This document shows, piece after piece, positions 44,974 through 53,953 of a DNA stretch of 64,000 bases. Positions within the stretch are counted from its first letter, which is position 1. Each line of letters starts with the position of its first letter. Source of the DNA: an uncultured Clostridia bacterium (GTDB lineage Bacteria; Bacillota; Clostridia; Christensenellales; UBA1242); assembly GCA_934772525.1 (NCBI GenBank), contig CAKVMI010000001.1, positions 118,613 through 182,612 on the forward strand. The letters run 5' to 3'. The notes under the pieces were generated by a model. It ran no database searches. It worked only from the letters and a program-made list of their open reading frames with translations, and had not been told where the DNA came from. The translations under genes were made by a program, and so were the position numbers.

Positions 44974-45011
44974 AAAAAGAGTGGAAAAGTTAAAATTTTT
45001 ACTCTTTTTTT
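44974..45011 (+). terminator. Probable terminator of the floA unit
   Basis: Stem AAAAAGAGT/ACTCTTTTT with a T run. The loop is large. Confidence 0.5.
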
Positions 45012-45385
45012 GTTTGAAAATTTGCATTTTTTAACAAAAATTACCGACTAAATTTTGAAGCAAATTGAAAAAATTTAATCAATTTTTATAAAAATTCTAG
45101 ATAAATATTTTATTAATTTAGGGTTAATATTATGCCTAATTTCTTTGACAATAAAATACTTTATTGATACTAAAATTATCAAAAAGGTGCAAATTTGGGG
45201 CTAAAAATGAACAATTAATGCAAAATATTTATAAAAATTGATAATTTTTATTAAAAATTGATAGTTTTTTAAATATTTTTTTAGTAAATTTTAGGATAAT
45301 TTTTTTGGTTGAATTTTAGGTTTTTGAATAATTGACGATGCTTCAACATAAAATTTTTTAGATAGAAAATTTAAGGAGAAAGAGA

Positions 45386-46231
45386 GTGGGAGATTGTCAA
45401 AAATTTAATTTAATAAATTACAATTTTTCGGGCGAAGAAAATTTTAAGGTGAGCAATATTAATGATTGTACAGTTACACTAAAAAATGAAAATGAGTTAC
45501 AAGTTACTAAGTCGGTGCAAAATGAAACATTTAATGTTGGCGACACTATTTCATTTATTGTTACAATTAAAAATACGGGTGTTGGATATTTTTCTGGACT
45601 TAGAGTTTTAGATAATTTTGGTGGGGTAAATTATATTGAGTATGTTTCGGGGAGCGGAGCAATCTATAAAAATGGAAGTATTGAAAAACCCGAAACCATT
45701 AGTTGTGTTCCGCTAGTTTTTTCACTTACACCACTTTTGCCAAATGAAAGTGTTATTTTGACCTATTTATGCAAGGTAAGAAACAATATTCCGTTATCTG
45801 TTCAAAATATTAATAGTTCGGTTGAAGTAACGGGATATACAAATAACTCTACCATAACTAATGTTGCAAGCGTTATTATTAATAGGGCAAAAACAGCAGA
45901 ATTGAAGATTGTAAAGTCGGCATCTGCAACAAGTGTAGTTAGTGGTGAAATTTTTAGTTATTATTTAACAATCGAAAATGAAGGTTTGGTCGACGCTGAA
46001 ATATCAAAAATAAATGATGGGCTAGAAAGTGGGTTTAAAGTTTTATCGGTAAGAATAAAAAGTGGTGATAATAAAGCGGTAGAACTTAAAACGGGTGACT
46101 ACTTGATTGATGGCGGAAATAATATTCTAATTGAAGCGAAAAATGGTATAGAAAAAATTATTGTGCCAGCAAGGGTTGGGGATACTGCCAGTAAAACCAC
46201 TATTACAATTACGGGTTATTTTGAAAAGTAA
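45386..46231 (+). CDS. DUF11-type (CARDB-like) two-repeat beta-sandwich protein without a signal peptide
   Basis: Two modules (VTKSVQNETFNVGDTISFIVTIKNTG... and KIVKSASATSVVSGEIFSYYLTIENEG...). GTG start behind AAGGAGA. Confidence 0.55.
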   Translation: MGDCQKFNLINYNFSGEENFKVSNINDCTVTLKNENELQVTKSVQNETFNVGDTISFIVTIKNTGVGYFSGLRVLDNFGGVNYIEYVSGSGAIYKNGSIEKPETISCVPLVFSLTPLLPNESVILTYLCKVRNNIPLSVQNINSSVEVTGYTNNSTITNVASVIINRAKTAELKIVKSASATSVVSGEIFSYYLTIENEGLVDAEISKINDGLESGFKVLSVRIKSGDNKAVELKTGDYLIDGGNNILIEAKNGIEKIIVPARVGDTASKTTITITGYFEK

Positions 46232-46465
46232 ATTTTTAGAAGACATTAAATCGTTAAAAAATAAAACTTGCAGAAGTTACTAAAATAGTTAATTTTTGCA
46301 AGTTTTTATAATTTTAATTAATAAATGATTGATGTTAGTTATGTTTAATAAATTTTATTTTTTAGTCTGAAAGTTCAATTTTGTTGCAAAAATAATATCA
46401 TTATTCTAATTAATAATTGCTTTATATTTGAATAAAGTTAATTTAAGTTTTCTTAAACTTACAGA

Positions 46466-46807
46466 TTAAAATATTTTTGGTTTTCTTGTGTGTTTAAAAT
46501 CGTTATTAGGGTCGTATAGGTATTTTTCTAAATCGACTGTTTCATTGAAAACGACTACACCTTCACTTTCGAGCAGTTGCTTTTGTGCGTCAGTTCCGCC
46601 AAAGGCAAAGCTATTAGATAATTTACCAAAGCGGTTTACTACTCTATGACAAGGTATTTCAATTGGTTTGGGGTTGCAGTGCAATGCGTACCCAACGATT
46701 TTTGCACTGCGGGGCATATTGGCTAGGTTTGCAATTATTCCGTAGGTAGAAACTTTGCCGGGCGGTATTTGCTTTACGGCTTCATAAATTTTTTCAAATG
46801 TAGTCAT
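46466..46807 (-). CDS. MGMT-family alkyltransferase domain protein
   Basis: 113 aa. Active-site IPCHRVV with the upstream helix-turn-wing (VSTYGIIA). Confidence 0.85.
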   Translation of the reverse strand: MTTFEKIYEAVKQIPPGKVSTYGIIANLANMPRSAKIVGYALHCNPKPIEIPCHRVVNRFGKLSNSFAFGGTDAQKQLLESEGVVVFNETVDLEKYLYDPNNDFKHTRKPKIF

Positions 46808-46981
46808 GTGGTTCCCCTTTTTGTATTTATATTTACTCTAACTATAGTATATATATTTTTCATTATTATTAATAGTAAATTGCAAACAATTTAAAAAGTT
46901 GAAATGTTTGTAAAATTATGTTAAAATAATGTAAAAGATAATTTGTTTTTTGTAATAGCAATCACTTCGGGAGAAATTTTT

Positions 46982-48805
46982 ATGAAAAGTTTAATTGAAA
47001 ATGGTGTTTTGAATCACTTTGATATAGAAGATTTAAATGATAAGAATTCGCCATTTAATGTCCGATTAGTCAAAAAGAAGGGTAAAACTTATTTTGAAAT
47101 TACAATTCCTAATGCGGTTGAAGAGATTGGTGGAAGGGCTTTTGATTTGTCTTTTCCGTATGTAATAAATATACCTTCTTCGGTAAAAGTAATAAAACAA
47201 GAAGCGTTTAAAAATAGTTTTTTAGCGGAAGTGAACTTTTCTCGAGGCTTAGAAATAATTGAAAAAGAAGCGTTTAAAGGTTGCAAAATACAAAATATAA
47301 GTCTTCCAGACGGACTAAAAGGTGTGGGAGTGGATGCGTTTAAATTGTGTCCGCTAACTGAAGTTGAGTTGCCGTTATCTATAGTTAATTTAGAATGTGG
47401 GTTTGACGGCAACATTGGAAAACTTTGCATTGGCGGTAAAAGTTTTAGTCAAAATAACTTCGCTTTTGCAAAACTTAACACAACTTGGCATTTTATAAAA
47501 TATGCAGTTTTAAATAAAAAGTTTTTACCTAAAAATGAATTGATTATGATGGGAACCGCTCCCGAAAATTTACCAGCATTTTTTAGTCATTCAAAAGATT
47601 GGCTAAATGTAATTTCTACAGCCGAAAGAAATAATAGTACTGAACTAAAAAGGTTAAATCAAGAAGGTAATTTCGTTTTTAACAAAGAATCGTATGAATA
47701 TCAACTTTATAAAATTTCTATCATTTTAGGGTTATTTGAAAATAAGAGTAGCAGTGAAGCGAAAAACTTTTTGATTAACAAAATTGCAAAAATGAAGCCA
47801 AACGAATGTTTTTGGTCTTTTATGGATATATTGCACCCAGTATATAATTCAGATTTTGCAAGTTTTGTAATGAATAATTATAAAAGCCCTGTATTAGACC
47901 CCGAAACTGACCTTTCAATCTGCTTTTTGTCTAGAGTAAATAGTGCAGGCGAGGTTGATCATAATTTTTCAGATGCATATAATAGGTGGGGCGAAGTTAG
48001 GGCGAAATACCCTAATAAGTCTGTTATGAAGAAAAGGGAGACTGGCAGTATAAACAATAATTTAAGTGTAGATGATGTTTTTAATGCTTTATACACTATT
48101 GAATATAAAAACGTCTTGCCAGGTAATGAAAAATTGGTTGAAACAATATGTGGGTATGGCTACTCGCAAAATAGTTTTGAAAAACTGCAAGCGTTATATG
48201 AGTTTGGAAAAATGCTGGCTAAAAGTCCAGAGTGTTTGCCACTTCAAAAAATTACTCCAGATAGTGCAAATTCGACTATAAAATATGAGTTGCTTAAAAA
48301 GGATGACCCCGAGACTTTAATTTTAGGAGATGAAACCGCTTGTTGTCAACGCTTGAATGATAGCGGTGAAGAATGTATGAAGTATGGAGTGACAAGTAAA
48401 AATTCAGGATTTATAAAATTTGTACTTAATGACCAGATTGTTGCACAAAGTTGGGTTTGGTATAATGAAAAAACAAAACATGTATGTTTGGATAATATAG
48501 AAATTCCTGTTCTTTGGAAAAAGAGAATGAGAAGGGATGAATTACAACGAGAATTCAATAAGTGCTTAATAAGGCTTGCCAATGCGATAATTGTTGGTAT
48601 GAATAAGGATGCGGATAGGGTGAGACTGGTGAGTGTTGGAAGTATGCATACCGACTTTGATGGTATAAAAAAATTCCCTGAATTTACACCCGAACCAAAT
48701 CTATTGCCCGATGATTACTATGGGTACACAGATGCGTCAATTAATCAATACCGAATAAGCGGAATACAATTTGAAGATTTATATTTCAACGAATTACATA
48801 AATAA
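46982..48805 (+). CDS. BspA-type leucine-rich-repeat protein with an unknown Cys-containing C-terminal domain
   Basis: Start moved to ATG 46982 behind GGGAGA. N-terminal LRR_5-like units (IPNAVEEIGGRAF, IPSSVKVIKQEAF, LEIIEKEAFKGC, LKGVGVDAF). C-terminus GDETACCQRLNDSGEECM...AQSWVWYN...CLDNIE. No signal peptide. Confidence 0.65.
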   Translation: MKSLIENGVLNHFDIEDLNDKNSPFNVRLVKKKGKTYFEITIPNAVEEIGGRAFDLSFPYVINIPSSVKVIKQEAFKNSFLAEVNFSRGLEIIEKEAFKGCKIQNISLPDGLKGVGVDAFKLCPLTEVELPLSIVNLECGFDGNIGKLCIGGKSFSQNNFAFAKLNTTWHFIKYAVLNKKFLPKNELIMMGTAPENLPAFFSHSKDWLNVISTAERNNSTELKRLNQEGNFVFNKESYEYQLYKISIILGLFENKSSSEAKNFLINKIAKMKPNECFWSFMDILHPVYNSDFASFVMNNYKSPVLDPETDLSICFLSRVNSAGEVDHNFSDAYNRWGEVRAKYPNKSVMKKRETGSINNNLSVDDVFNALYTIEYKNVLPGNEKLVETICGYGYSQNSFEKLQALYEFGKMLAKSPECLPLQKITPDSANSTIKYELLKKDDPETLILGDETACCQRLNDSGEECMKYGVTSKNSGFIKFVLNDQIVAQSWVWYNEKTKHVCLDNIEIPVLWKKRMRRDELQREFNKCLIRLANAIIVGMNKDADRVRLVSVGSMHTDFDGIKKFPEFTPEPNLLPDDYYGYTDASINQYRISGIQFEDLYFNELHK

Positions 48806-48832
48806 ATTGGGAAGTAAAATGAATAGTTTTAA

Positions 48833-48870
48833 AGTGCCAGACAAAATAAAATTTGTTCTGGCACTTTTTT
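48833..48870 (+). terminator. Terminator after the LRR gene
   Basis: Stem AGTGCCAGA/TCTGGCACT, extended by an A/T helix, followed by a T6 run. Confidence 0.75.
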
Positions 48871-48976
48871 ATAATCTATATTTAATGGGTCGTTATTAAT
48901 ATATATTTTTTAATGCAATTTGCTAGTTTTTTTACAATGAGACTAAGTGAAGAAAACAATAAAACAAATATAAAGC

Positions 48977-49010
48977 AAAAAATAAAGGCGTTACAAATTG
49001 TAACGCTTTT
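48977..49010 (-). terminator. Terminator of the transglutaminase-like gene
   Basis: Stem GCGTTAC/GTAACGC extended by A-T pairs, with TTTATTTTTT on the minus strand. Confidence 0.6.
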
Positions 49011-49061
49011 AAACTGTAGAAATAATTGTGAAAAATAATTGTTAAAATTAAATACATACAA

Positions 49062-50390
49062 CTAACAAGTATGGGTGGAGTCGTCTTGGGCGGTTTGTTC
49101 GGAAAGGTATTGATTGAAAAATGCATTTTTTACATTAGGCGTTGGAATGAAAGTCCATTTTGATCTTTGTGTATTGTATCGCATAATATCTTGAGTAAAA
49201 GCCCATAGCTTGCTTTTATCTTTATTAAATACTTTTGCCATTGTATTATAACCTAATGATTGTAAATTTAGATAAGTTATTGGTTCAGAATTTTCTTGTA
49301 AAAAACCATTGATTTCATTGATTGTTTCTGCTGTTGGTGGCAATGTGTTATCTAATAATTCTAAAAGCGTTTCAAATTTTGGGTTTATACGTTTGTTTTT
49401 TTCTAAAAACATTTCAAAACTTGCATTACTACGAAAAGACAAGCCACTTTGACTTAGGCTTATGTCGTCACGATCATAGATATAGGTAGGTAAATAACCT
49501 AAATCTAGGGCATTTGGGTAAGTCGTTGGATGGGGAACGGAGATTTTTCCCGCTTTGTAATCTAGATACTGAGCGGTGCTGTATTGTAAGTCGGGTAGTG
49601 AAATTAGAAAATAATTTAGCCATATGCCGTTACCATTACCGGCGTTATCTTTTGTTGGGTCTAGTAAGTAGTACCCATCTACATTGTACTTAGGGTCTTT
49701 AATGTAAATTACTAAAGAGCGGTGTCCTGCAAGACCCTTTTTGGTCTTACTTTTTGTTCTATTATTAAAAGTTAAAATTGAATTAGTGTAATTTTTGTAA
49801 TAAGCAGTTAGGTAATTAATGATTAAATTTACATAACCAACACAAACAATTCGGTTGCTAGAGAGTACCCCATAGATTGACCTAGACATACCCGAGCCTT
49901 CGTCTTCGCTTTCAGCGTTGTAACTTCGTTTTGTGGCAGTAATGTAGCACCAAAGTAGGGCTTCTAACGGCGTTAGTCGTTTTAGGTGACATATTTTACC
50001 AAATTCGTAAAATTCATTACTTACACGTCTGACGGTTTTTAAATCAAAGAAATTTTCGCTATCTAAAATTAAAAGATTGTTTTTATACTTTTTGTTAATC
50101 AAAAAATCAAATTGCTCAAATCTTTCTAGTGCTTTTTCAGAAATTAAGCCGTCTGTTGCAATGCTAAACAAACAATTTGTTGGGTTAACATTATATTCAA
50201 GTGATAATTTATTTATTAACTCTAGTGTTTCATTGGGAGATTTGATTATGTCGTAGGGATGAAATAAAATATTTATTTTAAACTTTTTATTTCTAAATTT
50301 TTGGTATTTGGTAAATTTCTCATTTAAAGAGTCTTTGTCGTCATTCAAATTTACATACATATTAAAAATGTTTTTCGGAAGTTTTTTCAT
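49062..50390 (-). CDS. Hypothetical protein with a transglutaminase-like Cys-His-Asp core
   Basis: RIVCVGYVNLIINYL (Cys), AGHRSLVIYI (His) and GYYLLDPTKD (Asp) occur in the order and spacing of papain-like transglutaminase folds. No signal peptide. Confidence 0.5.
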   Translation of the reverse strand: MKKLPKNIFNMYVNLNDDKDSLNEKFTKYQKFRNKKFKINILFHPYDIIKSPNETLELINKLSLEYNVNPTNCLFSIATDGLISEKALERFEQFDFLINKKYKNNLLILDSENFFDLKTVRRVSNEFYEFGKICHLKRLTPLEALLWCYITATKRSYNAESEDEGSGMSRSIYGVLSSNRIVCVGYVNLIINYLTAYYKNYTNSILTFNNRTKSKTKKGLAGHRSLVIYIKDPKYNVDGYYLLDPTKDNAGNGNGIWLNYFLISLPDLQYSTAQYLDYKAGKISVPHPTTYPNALDLGYLPTYIYDRDDISLSQSGLSFRSNASFEMFLEKNKRINPKFETLLELLDNTLPPTAETINEINGFLQENSEPITYLNLQSLGYNTMAKVFNKDKSKLWAFTQDIMRYNTQRSKWTFIPTPNVKNAFFNQYLSEQTAQDDSTHTC

Positions 50391-50396
50391 AGTTTA

Positions 50397-50424
50397 ATTA
50401 TATCATTAATCTCTAAAATGTCAA
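50397..50424 (-). promoter_or_regulatory. Promoter placing the transcription start at or next to the ATG (leaderless candidate)
   Basis: The minus strand reads TTGACA, 16-nt spacer, TGATATAAT, TAAACT, ATG. No Shine-Dalgarno is possible in the 6-nt gap. Confidence 0.55.
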
Positions 50425-50480
50425 TAGCGAGGGTGGGGAGGTCTTTAAGGATGCTAGCCACAAGTCGAATATTTAAACTA

Positions 50481-50512
50481 AACAAAAAGGTGGAGATATG
50501 ATCTCGCACCTT
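50481..50512 (-). terminator. Terminator of the VOC gene
   Basis: 11-bp stem (one bulge) AAGGTGGAGAT/ATCTC-G-CACCTT, then TTTTTGTT on the minus strand. Confidence 0.6.
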
Positions 50513-50537
50513 GCAATAGGTTAAAAAAATGTAAAAC

Positions 50538-50951
50538 CTAAGAATTCTTTTCGCCTAAATCTTCGCAGAACCTAATAAGGTATCCATCGGGATCTTGAAT
50601 TAAAAACTCCTTATTTCCAAGCAGTTTATTATTCTCACGATACCAATTTTCTTCCATATCAAATAAAATTGGATAGTTGAAATTCTTTAAGGAATTATAA
50701 ATGGTTTCAACATTTTTAACTTCAATTTGAAAATTTACACCGTTGCCAAAAGGATATCTTAATGGTGCGACTTCCCATTTATCGTCTTTAGAGATTTCTT
50801 GTAGCATAATTTGACTGCCTTCTAATGATATAAAGGCAAATTTATCTTCGGGTCTTTCGTAGTTTATTTTAAACCCAAGAATTTTATAAAAATTTAAACT
50901 ACTATTTAAATTTGTTACAGACATTTCTGGTATTAGTTTATTAAATTTCAT
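50538..50951 (-). CDS. VOC-family (glyoxalase/bleomycin-resistance-like) protein
   Basis: Start moved to ATG 50951 (MKFNKLIPEMSV) behind GGAGA. Paired beta-alpha-beta-beta-beta modules. DPDGYLIRF at the C-terminus. Confidence 0.8.
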   Translation of the reverse strand: MKFNKLIPEMSVTNLNSSLNFYKILGFKINYERPEDKFAFISLEGSQIMLQEISKDDKWEVAPLRYPFGNGVNFQIEVKNVETIYNSLKNFNYPILFDMEENWYRENNKLLGNKEFLIQDPDGYLIRFCEDLGEKNS

Positions 50952-51029
50952 ATGTATCTCCAAAAATTTACGGTCACTAAGTAAGGCTTATTTTATTTTT
51001 AAATAATTAAATCACGAATAATAATTAAA

Positions 51030-52589
51030 TTATGAATATAGATAAGTTAATAATATAAATAAAATAATCCGAACAAAAAAGTTCGGATTATAACCATTTG
51101 GCGGGGCAAGTTGTGCCAAATTTGAACACTCAATTTCCTCTAATTCGTCCTCGTGGTATTCTTTTTGATTGTCTCCGTCGTGATTATATATAATAATAAT
51201 TTTATCGTCATATAGAATAACTTTTCTAACAAATGAGCCAATAATGACTCTTTTTTTATCAGCGTTATCAATATCATTGAAACGGCTAAACCAATATTTT
51301 ATTCTGTATGAGTCAAGAGGTTTTTCTTCGATAGCTAGTTGTAGCTCGAATTTTTCTTCTAGTTCTTTAACCTCATTTTCAAGAGCTAATAATTCATTCT
51401 TTGTAGAATCTGTGAAGATTCCAAGCTTGATAGCTTTAAGAATGTTATCAATCTCTTTATGCTTAGCGTCTATCTGTTTTTTGATAGATGTTGTTATGGC
51501 AGAATTTTTCAAATTGTTATTATATATAGTTACAATCCTATCAATAATAGGACATTGATTTTTTTCGTTTAATATGTGGCGTATTGTTAGATTTACAACT
51601 AAATCTTCCAATGCGTCTTTTTTATAGTTCTTTTTCTTGCAATCGCTACCTTTCTTTTTGCCAAAACATTTGTAGTAGTGGTGTATTGCTCCGGTTTTAC
51701 TTGTGCCGCTTTCTCCGGTCATAAGTGAGCCACAATACCCACAATAAAGTTTAGACGATAACAAATATTCTTCTTTCGCTTTCATGCGTGCTGGACTCCT
51801 TTTATTAGCTACAATCCTAGCTTGTACCTTTTCAAATAGCGAATCTTCTATTATTACCGGAATGTAATTACGGATAACATTGTCGCCATAGATAAGTGTT
51901 CCGTTGTATTTTTCATTTTTTAGCATATTCATAATAGAATTTACTACAAAATATCTACCAAATTTATTTCTAATACCACGCTCTTTTAAGTTCTCGGCTA
52001 TTTCTTTTGCTGTTAAGCCTTTTGCATAGTCAACATACATCATTCTGACTAATTCAGCCTCAGTCTCGTTTATGACATATTTTTTATCGACTACATCATA
52101 ACCATAAGGAACAAGGCTGCCTAAGAAATTACCTTTTGCAAGAGATTCTTTTTGGCCTCTTTTAACCTTTTGAGACAATTCAGCAGAATAATATTTTGCT
52201 AATGCTACAAGAATCCCCTCAGATAAGATACCATTGATGTTGTCTGTTCCGTCAATATTCTTACTTGTTATTTGAGTTGCAGACAATAGAGATACACCAT
52301 TTTTAGAGAGTGTTCTTTTGTTTATTGCATAATCTTCGTCGTTACGACCAAATCTGTCTACCGCATAAACAATAACAAATTCCCAATTATGCTCAGAGCT
52401 ATCTCTTAACATTCTTTGAAATTCCGGTCTTCTATCATTTGTACCGGTCATAGCTCTGTCAATATAAGTATCAACTATCAGAAAATCGTGCTGTTTTGCA
52501 AAGTCTGTGCAAACTCTTATTTGTCCCTCAATAGACTGCTCTGTTTGGCTGCTAGAACTATATCGTGCGTATATAACAGCTTTTTTCAT
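51030..52589 (-). CDS. Large serine recombinase (phage integrase)
   Basis: N-terminal resolvase domain MKKAVIYARYSSSSQ, recombinase domain, Zn-ribbon CGYCGSLM...YYKCFGKKKGSDC, and a coiled-coil region. Confidence 0.9.
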   Translation of the reverse strand: MKKAVIYARYSSSSQTEQSIEGQIRVCTDFAKQHDFLIVDTYIDRAMTGTNDRRPEFQRMLRDSSEHNWEFVIVYAVDRFGRNDEDYAINKRTLSKNGVSLLSATQITSKNIDGTDNINGILSEGILVALAKYYSAELSQKVKRGQKESLAKGNFLGSLVPYGYDVVDKKYVINETEAELVRMMYVDYAKGLTAKEIAENLKERGIRNKFGRYFVVNSIMNMLKNEKYNGTLIYGDNVIRNYIPVIIEDSLFEKVQARIVANKRSPARMKAKEEYLLSSKLYCGYCGSLMTGESGTSKTGAIHHYYKCFGKKKGSDCKKKNYKKDALEDLVVNLTIRHILNEKNQCPIIDRIVTIYNNNLKNSAITTSIKKQIDAKHKEIDNILKAIKLGIFTDSTKNELLALENEVKELEEKFELQLAIEEKPLDSYRIKYWFSRFNDIDNADKKRVIIGSFVRKVILYDDKIIIIYNHDGDNQKEYHEDELEEIECSNLAQLAPPNGYNPNFFVRIILFILLTYLYS

Positions 52590-52597
52590 ACTTACTC

Positions 52598-53053
52598 CTA
52601 TTTAACTATCACTTGGCCAGTAATAGATTCAACCTTAATATCATTTGTATTAGTTGTTGGTAAACAATTTGTAGAAAGTAGTATGCCGGCTTTTAAAGTG
52701 ATTGTGCTTACGGAATGTCCGGTGTAATCAATATCTGTTTTTACATTTTTATCTAACGAATCATTTATTGGTCTCCATGAGTTCACAGATGTTGGGTTTA
52801 GTGTAAAAGCAATATTTGTTTGTTTGAATGAGACATTATCAACAATAGCACTTGTGGTTATTGTTGCTGTGCAATACATGGTGTTGTTTTCTTTGTCAAG
52901 AATTAAATCTCCATACTCAACATTGAATGAAATATAGCTATTATAATTTTCTGTTGTTAACGCTATTTCTGTTGGCTCAGATTTGCCACAGCCAGTTAAG
53001 AATAAAATAGGAACTAATAATACTAATAATATATAACTTAAATATTTTTTCAT
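52598..53053 (-). CDS. Prophage lipoprotein (candidate superinfection-exclusion moron)
   Basis: Signal peptide with lipobox LFLTGC. 151 aa. It lies between the integrase and repressor genes. Confidence 0.7.
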   Translation of the reverse strand: MKKYLSYILLVLLVPILFLTGCGKSEPTEIALTTENYNSYISFNVEYGDLILDKENNTMYCTATITTSAIVDNVSFKQTNIAFTLNPTSVNSWRPINDSLDKNVKTDIDYTGHSVSTITLKAGILLSTNCLPTTNTNDIKVESITGQVIVK

Positions 53054-53061
53054 AATCCCTC

Positions 53062-53790
53062 CTATAAAACTTTACCTATAATATAAAACTCGTCTATGTT
53101 TTCAACTAATACTGGTTGATATTCTTTATTAAATGATACAAGTTGTATGCCTTTATTGTGTTCTCTTAATTGTTTGCAATAAACATTACCTTGATAACAG
53201 AATATACCAACATCTCCGTCTCTAAGATTTTTACATGATTGAATATATATAATTCTTTCGTCTTCGATTACTGGTTGCATAGACTTGCCTTGAACTCTTA
53301 TAGCAAAGTCTGCGTGGATTGGTGGATTTGAAACCTCTATCAACTCATAGTCTTCTGAGTCTACAAAATGTCCGTTGCCAGCACAAGCACTTTGGTTGTA
53401 CAATTTAATAGTTTTAACGACAAGTCCGTTGGATAGTCCAAGTTGTGTTTTAATAACAGCTTGGGCTATTTGTTTTTGTCTAAGGTCTAATCTTCTGTAA
53501 TTGTTCAGAAGATTTTTTTCGTCATAAGAAGAATCTTCCATGATAGCGTCCATATCTGACTCTCCGTATGCCTGAGACATTGTTATATCTAAAATATCGC
53601 ATAAGACTTTTAGAGTGTTTGGTGTTGGACTATATTGACCGTTCTCCCATGGTGTCAAATATGCAGACGGAACATTCTCTCCAAGACGCTCTGACAATAT
53701 TTTGCTTAATTGAACCTTTGTAAGTCCTTTTTGTTCTCTGTACTTTTTTATATTATTACCAAGAATGATTCTTAATTCTTGCTTATCCAT
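53062..53790 (-). CDS. CI/LexA-type phage repressor (XRE HTH plus S24 peptidase domain)
   Basis: HTH KGLTKVQLSKIL. A possible Ala-Gly cleavage site (SACAGNG). S24 Ser in QGKSMQP and Lys in IIGKV. Confidence 0.85.
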   Translation of the reverse strand: MDKQELRIILGNNIKKYREQKGLTKVQLSKILSERLGENVPSAYLTPWENGQYSPTPNTLKVLCDILDITMSQAYGESDMDAIMEDSSYDEKNLLNNYRRLDLRQKQIAQAVIKTQLGLSNGLVVKTIKLYNQSACAGNGHFVDSEDYELIEVSNPPIHADFAIRVQGKSMQPVIEDERIIYIQSCKNLRDGDVGIFCYQGNVYCKQLREHNKGIQLVSFNKEYQPVLVENIDEFYIIGKVL

Positions 53791-53819
53791 ATAGATACTC
53801 CTTTTAACTAACTATATAT

Positions 53820-53847
53820 ATTATACTATAAATTTTATAAAAGTAAA
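53820..53847 (-). promoter_or_regulatory. Probable repressor-gene promoter
   Basis: The minus strand reads TTTACT, 16-nt spacer, TATAAT, followed by AAGGAG and the ATG of the repressor. Confidence 0.45.
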
Positions 53848-53865
53848 GAAAATTTTGAAGAAAAT

Positions 53866-53953
53866 TTAGGAAAATCCTAAAAAATTTTTGAAAACCATTT
53901 GACATTTAGGAAAATCCTAGATATAATAATACCAGAAACTAGGAAATTCCTAG
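53866..53953. promoter_or_regulatory. Three 15-bp palindromic operators
   Basis: TTAGGAAAATCCTAA (53866-53880), TTAGGAAAATCCTAG (53906-53920) and CTAGGAAATTCCTAG (53939-53953). A half-site-like GAAAATCCTAG lies at 53976-53986. Confidence 0.7.
53899..53927 (+). promoter_or_regulatory. Early rightward promoter
   Basis: TTGACA, 17-nt spacer, TATAAT. The spacer is almost entirely filled by the second operator. Confidence 0.75.
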
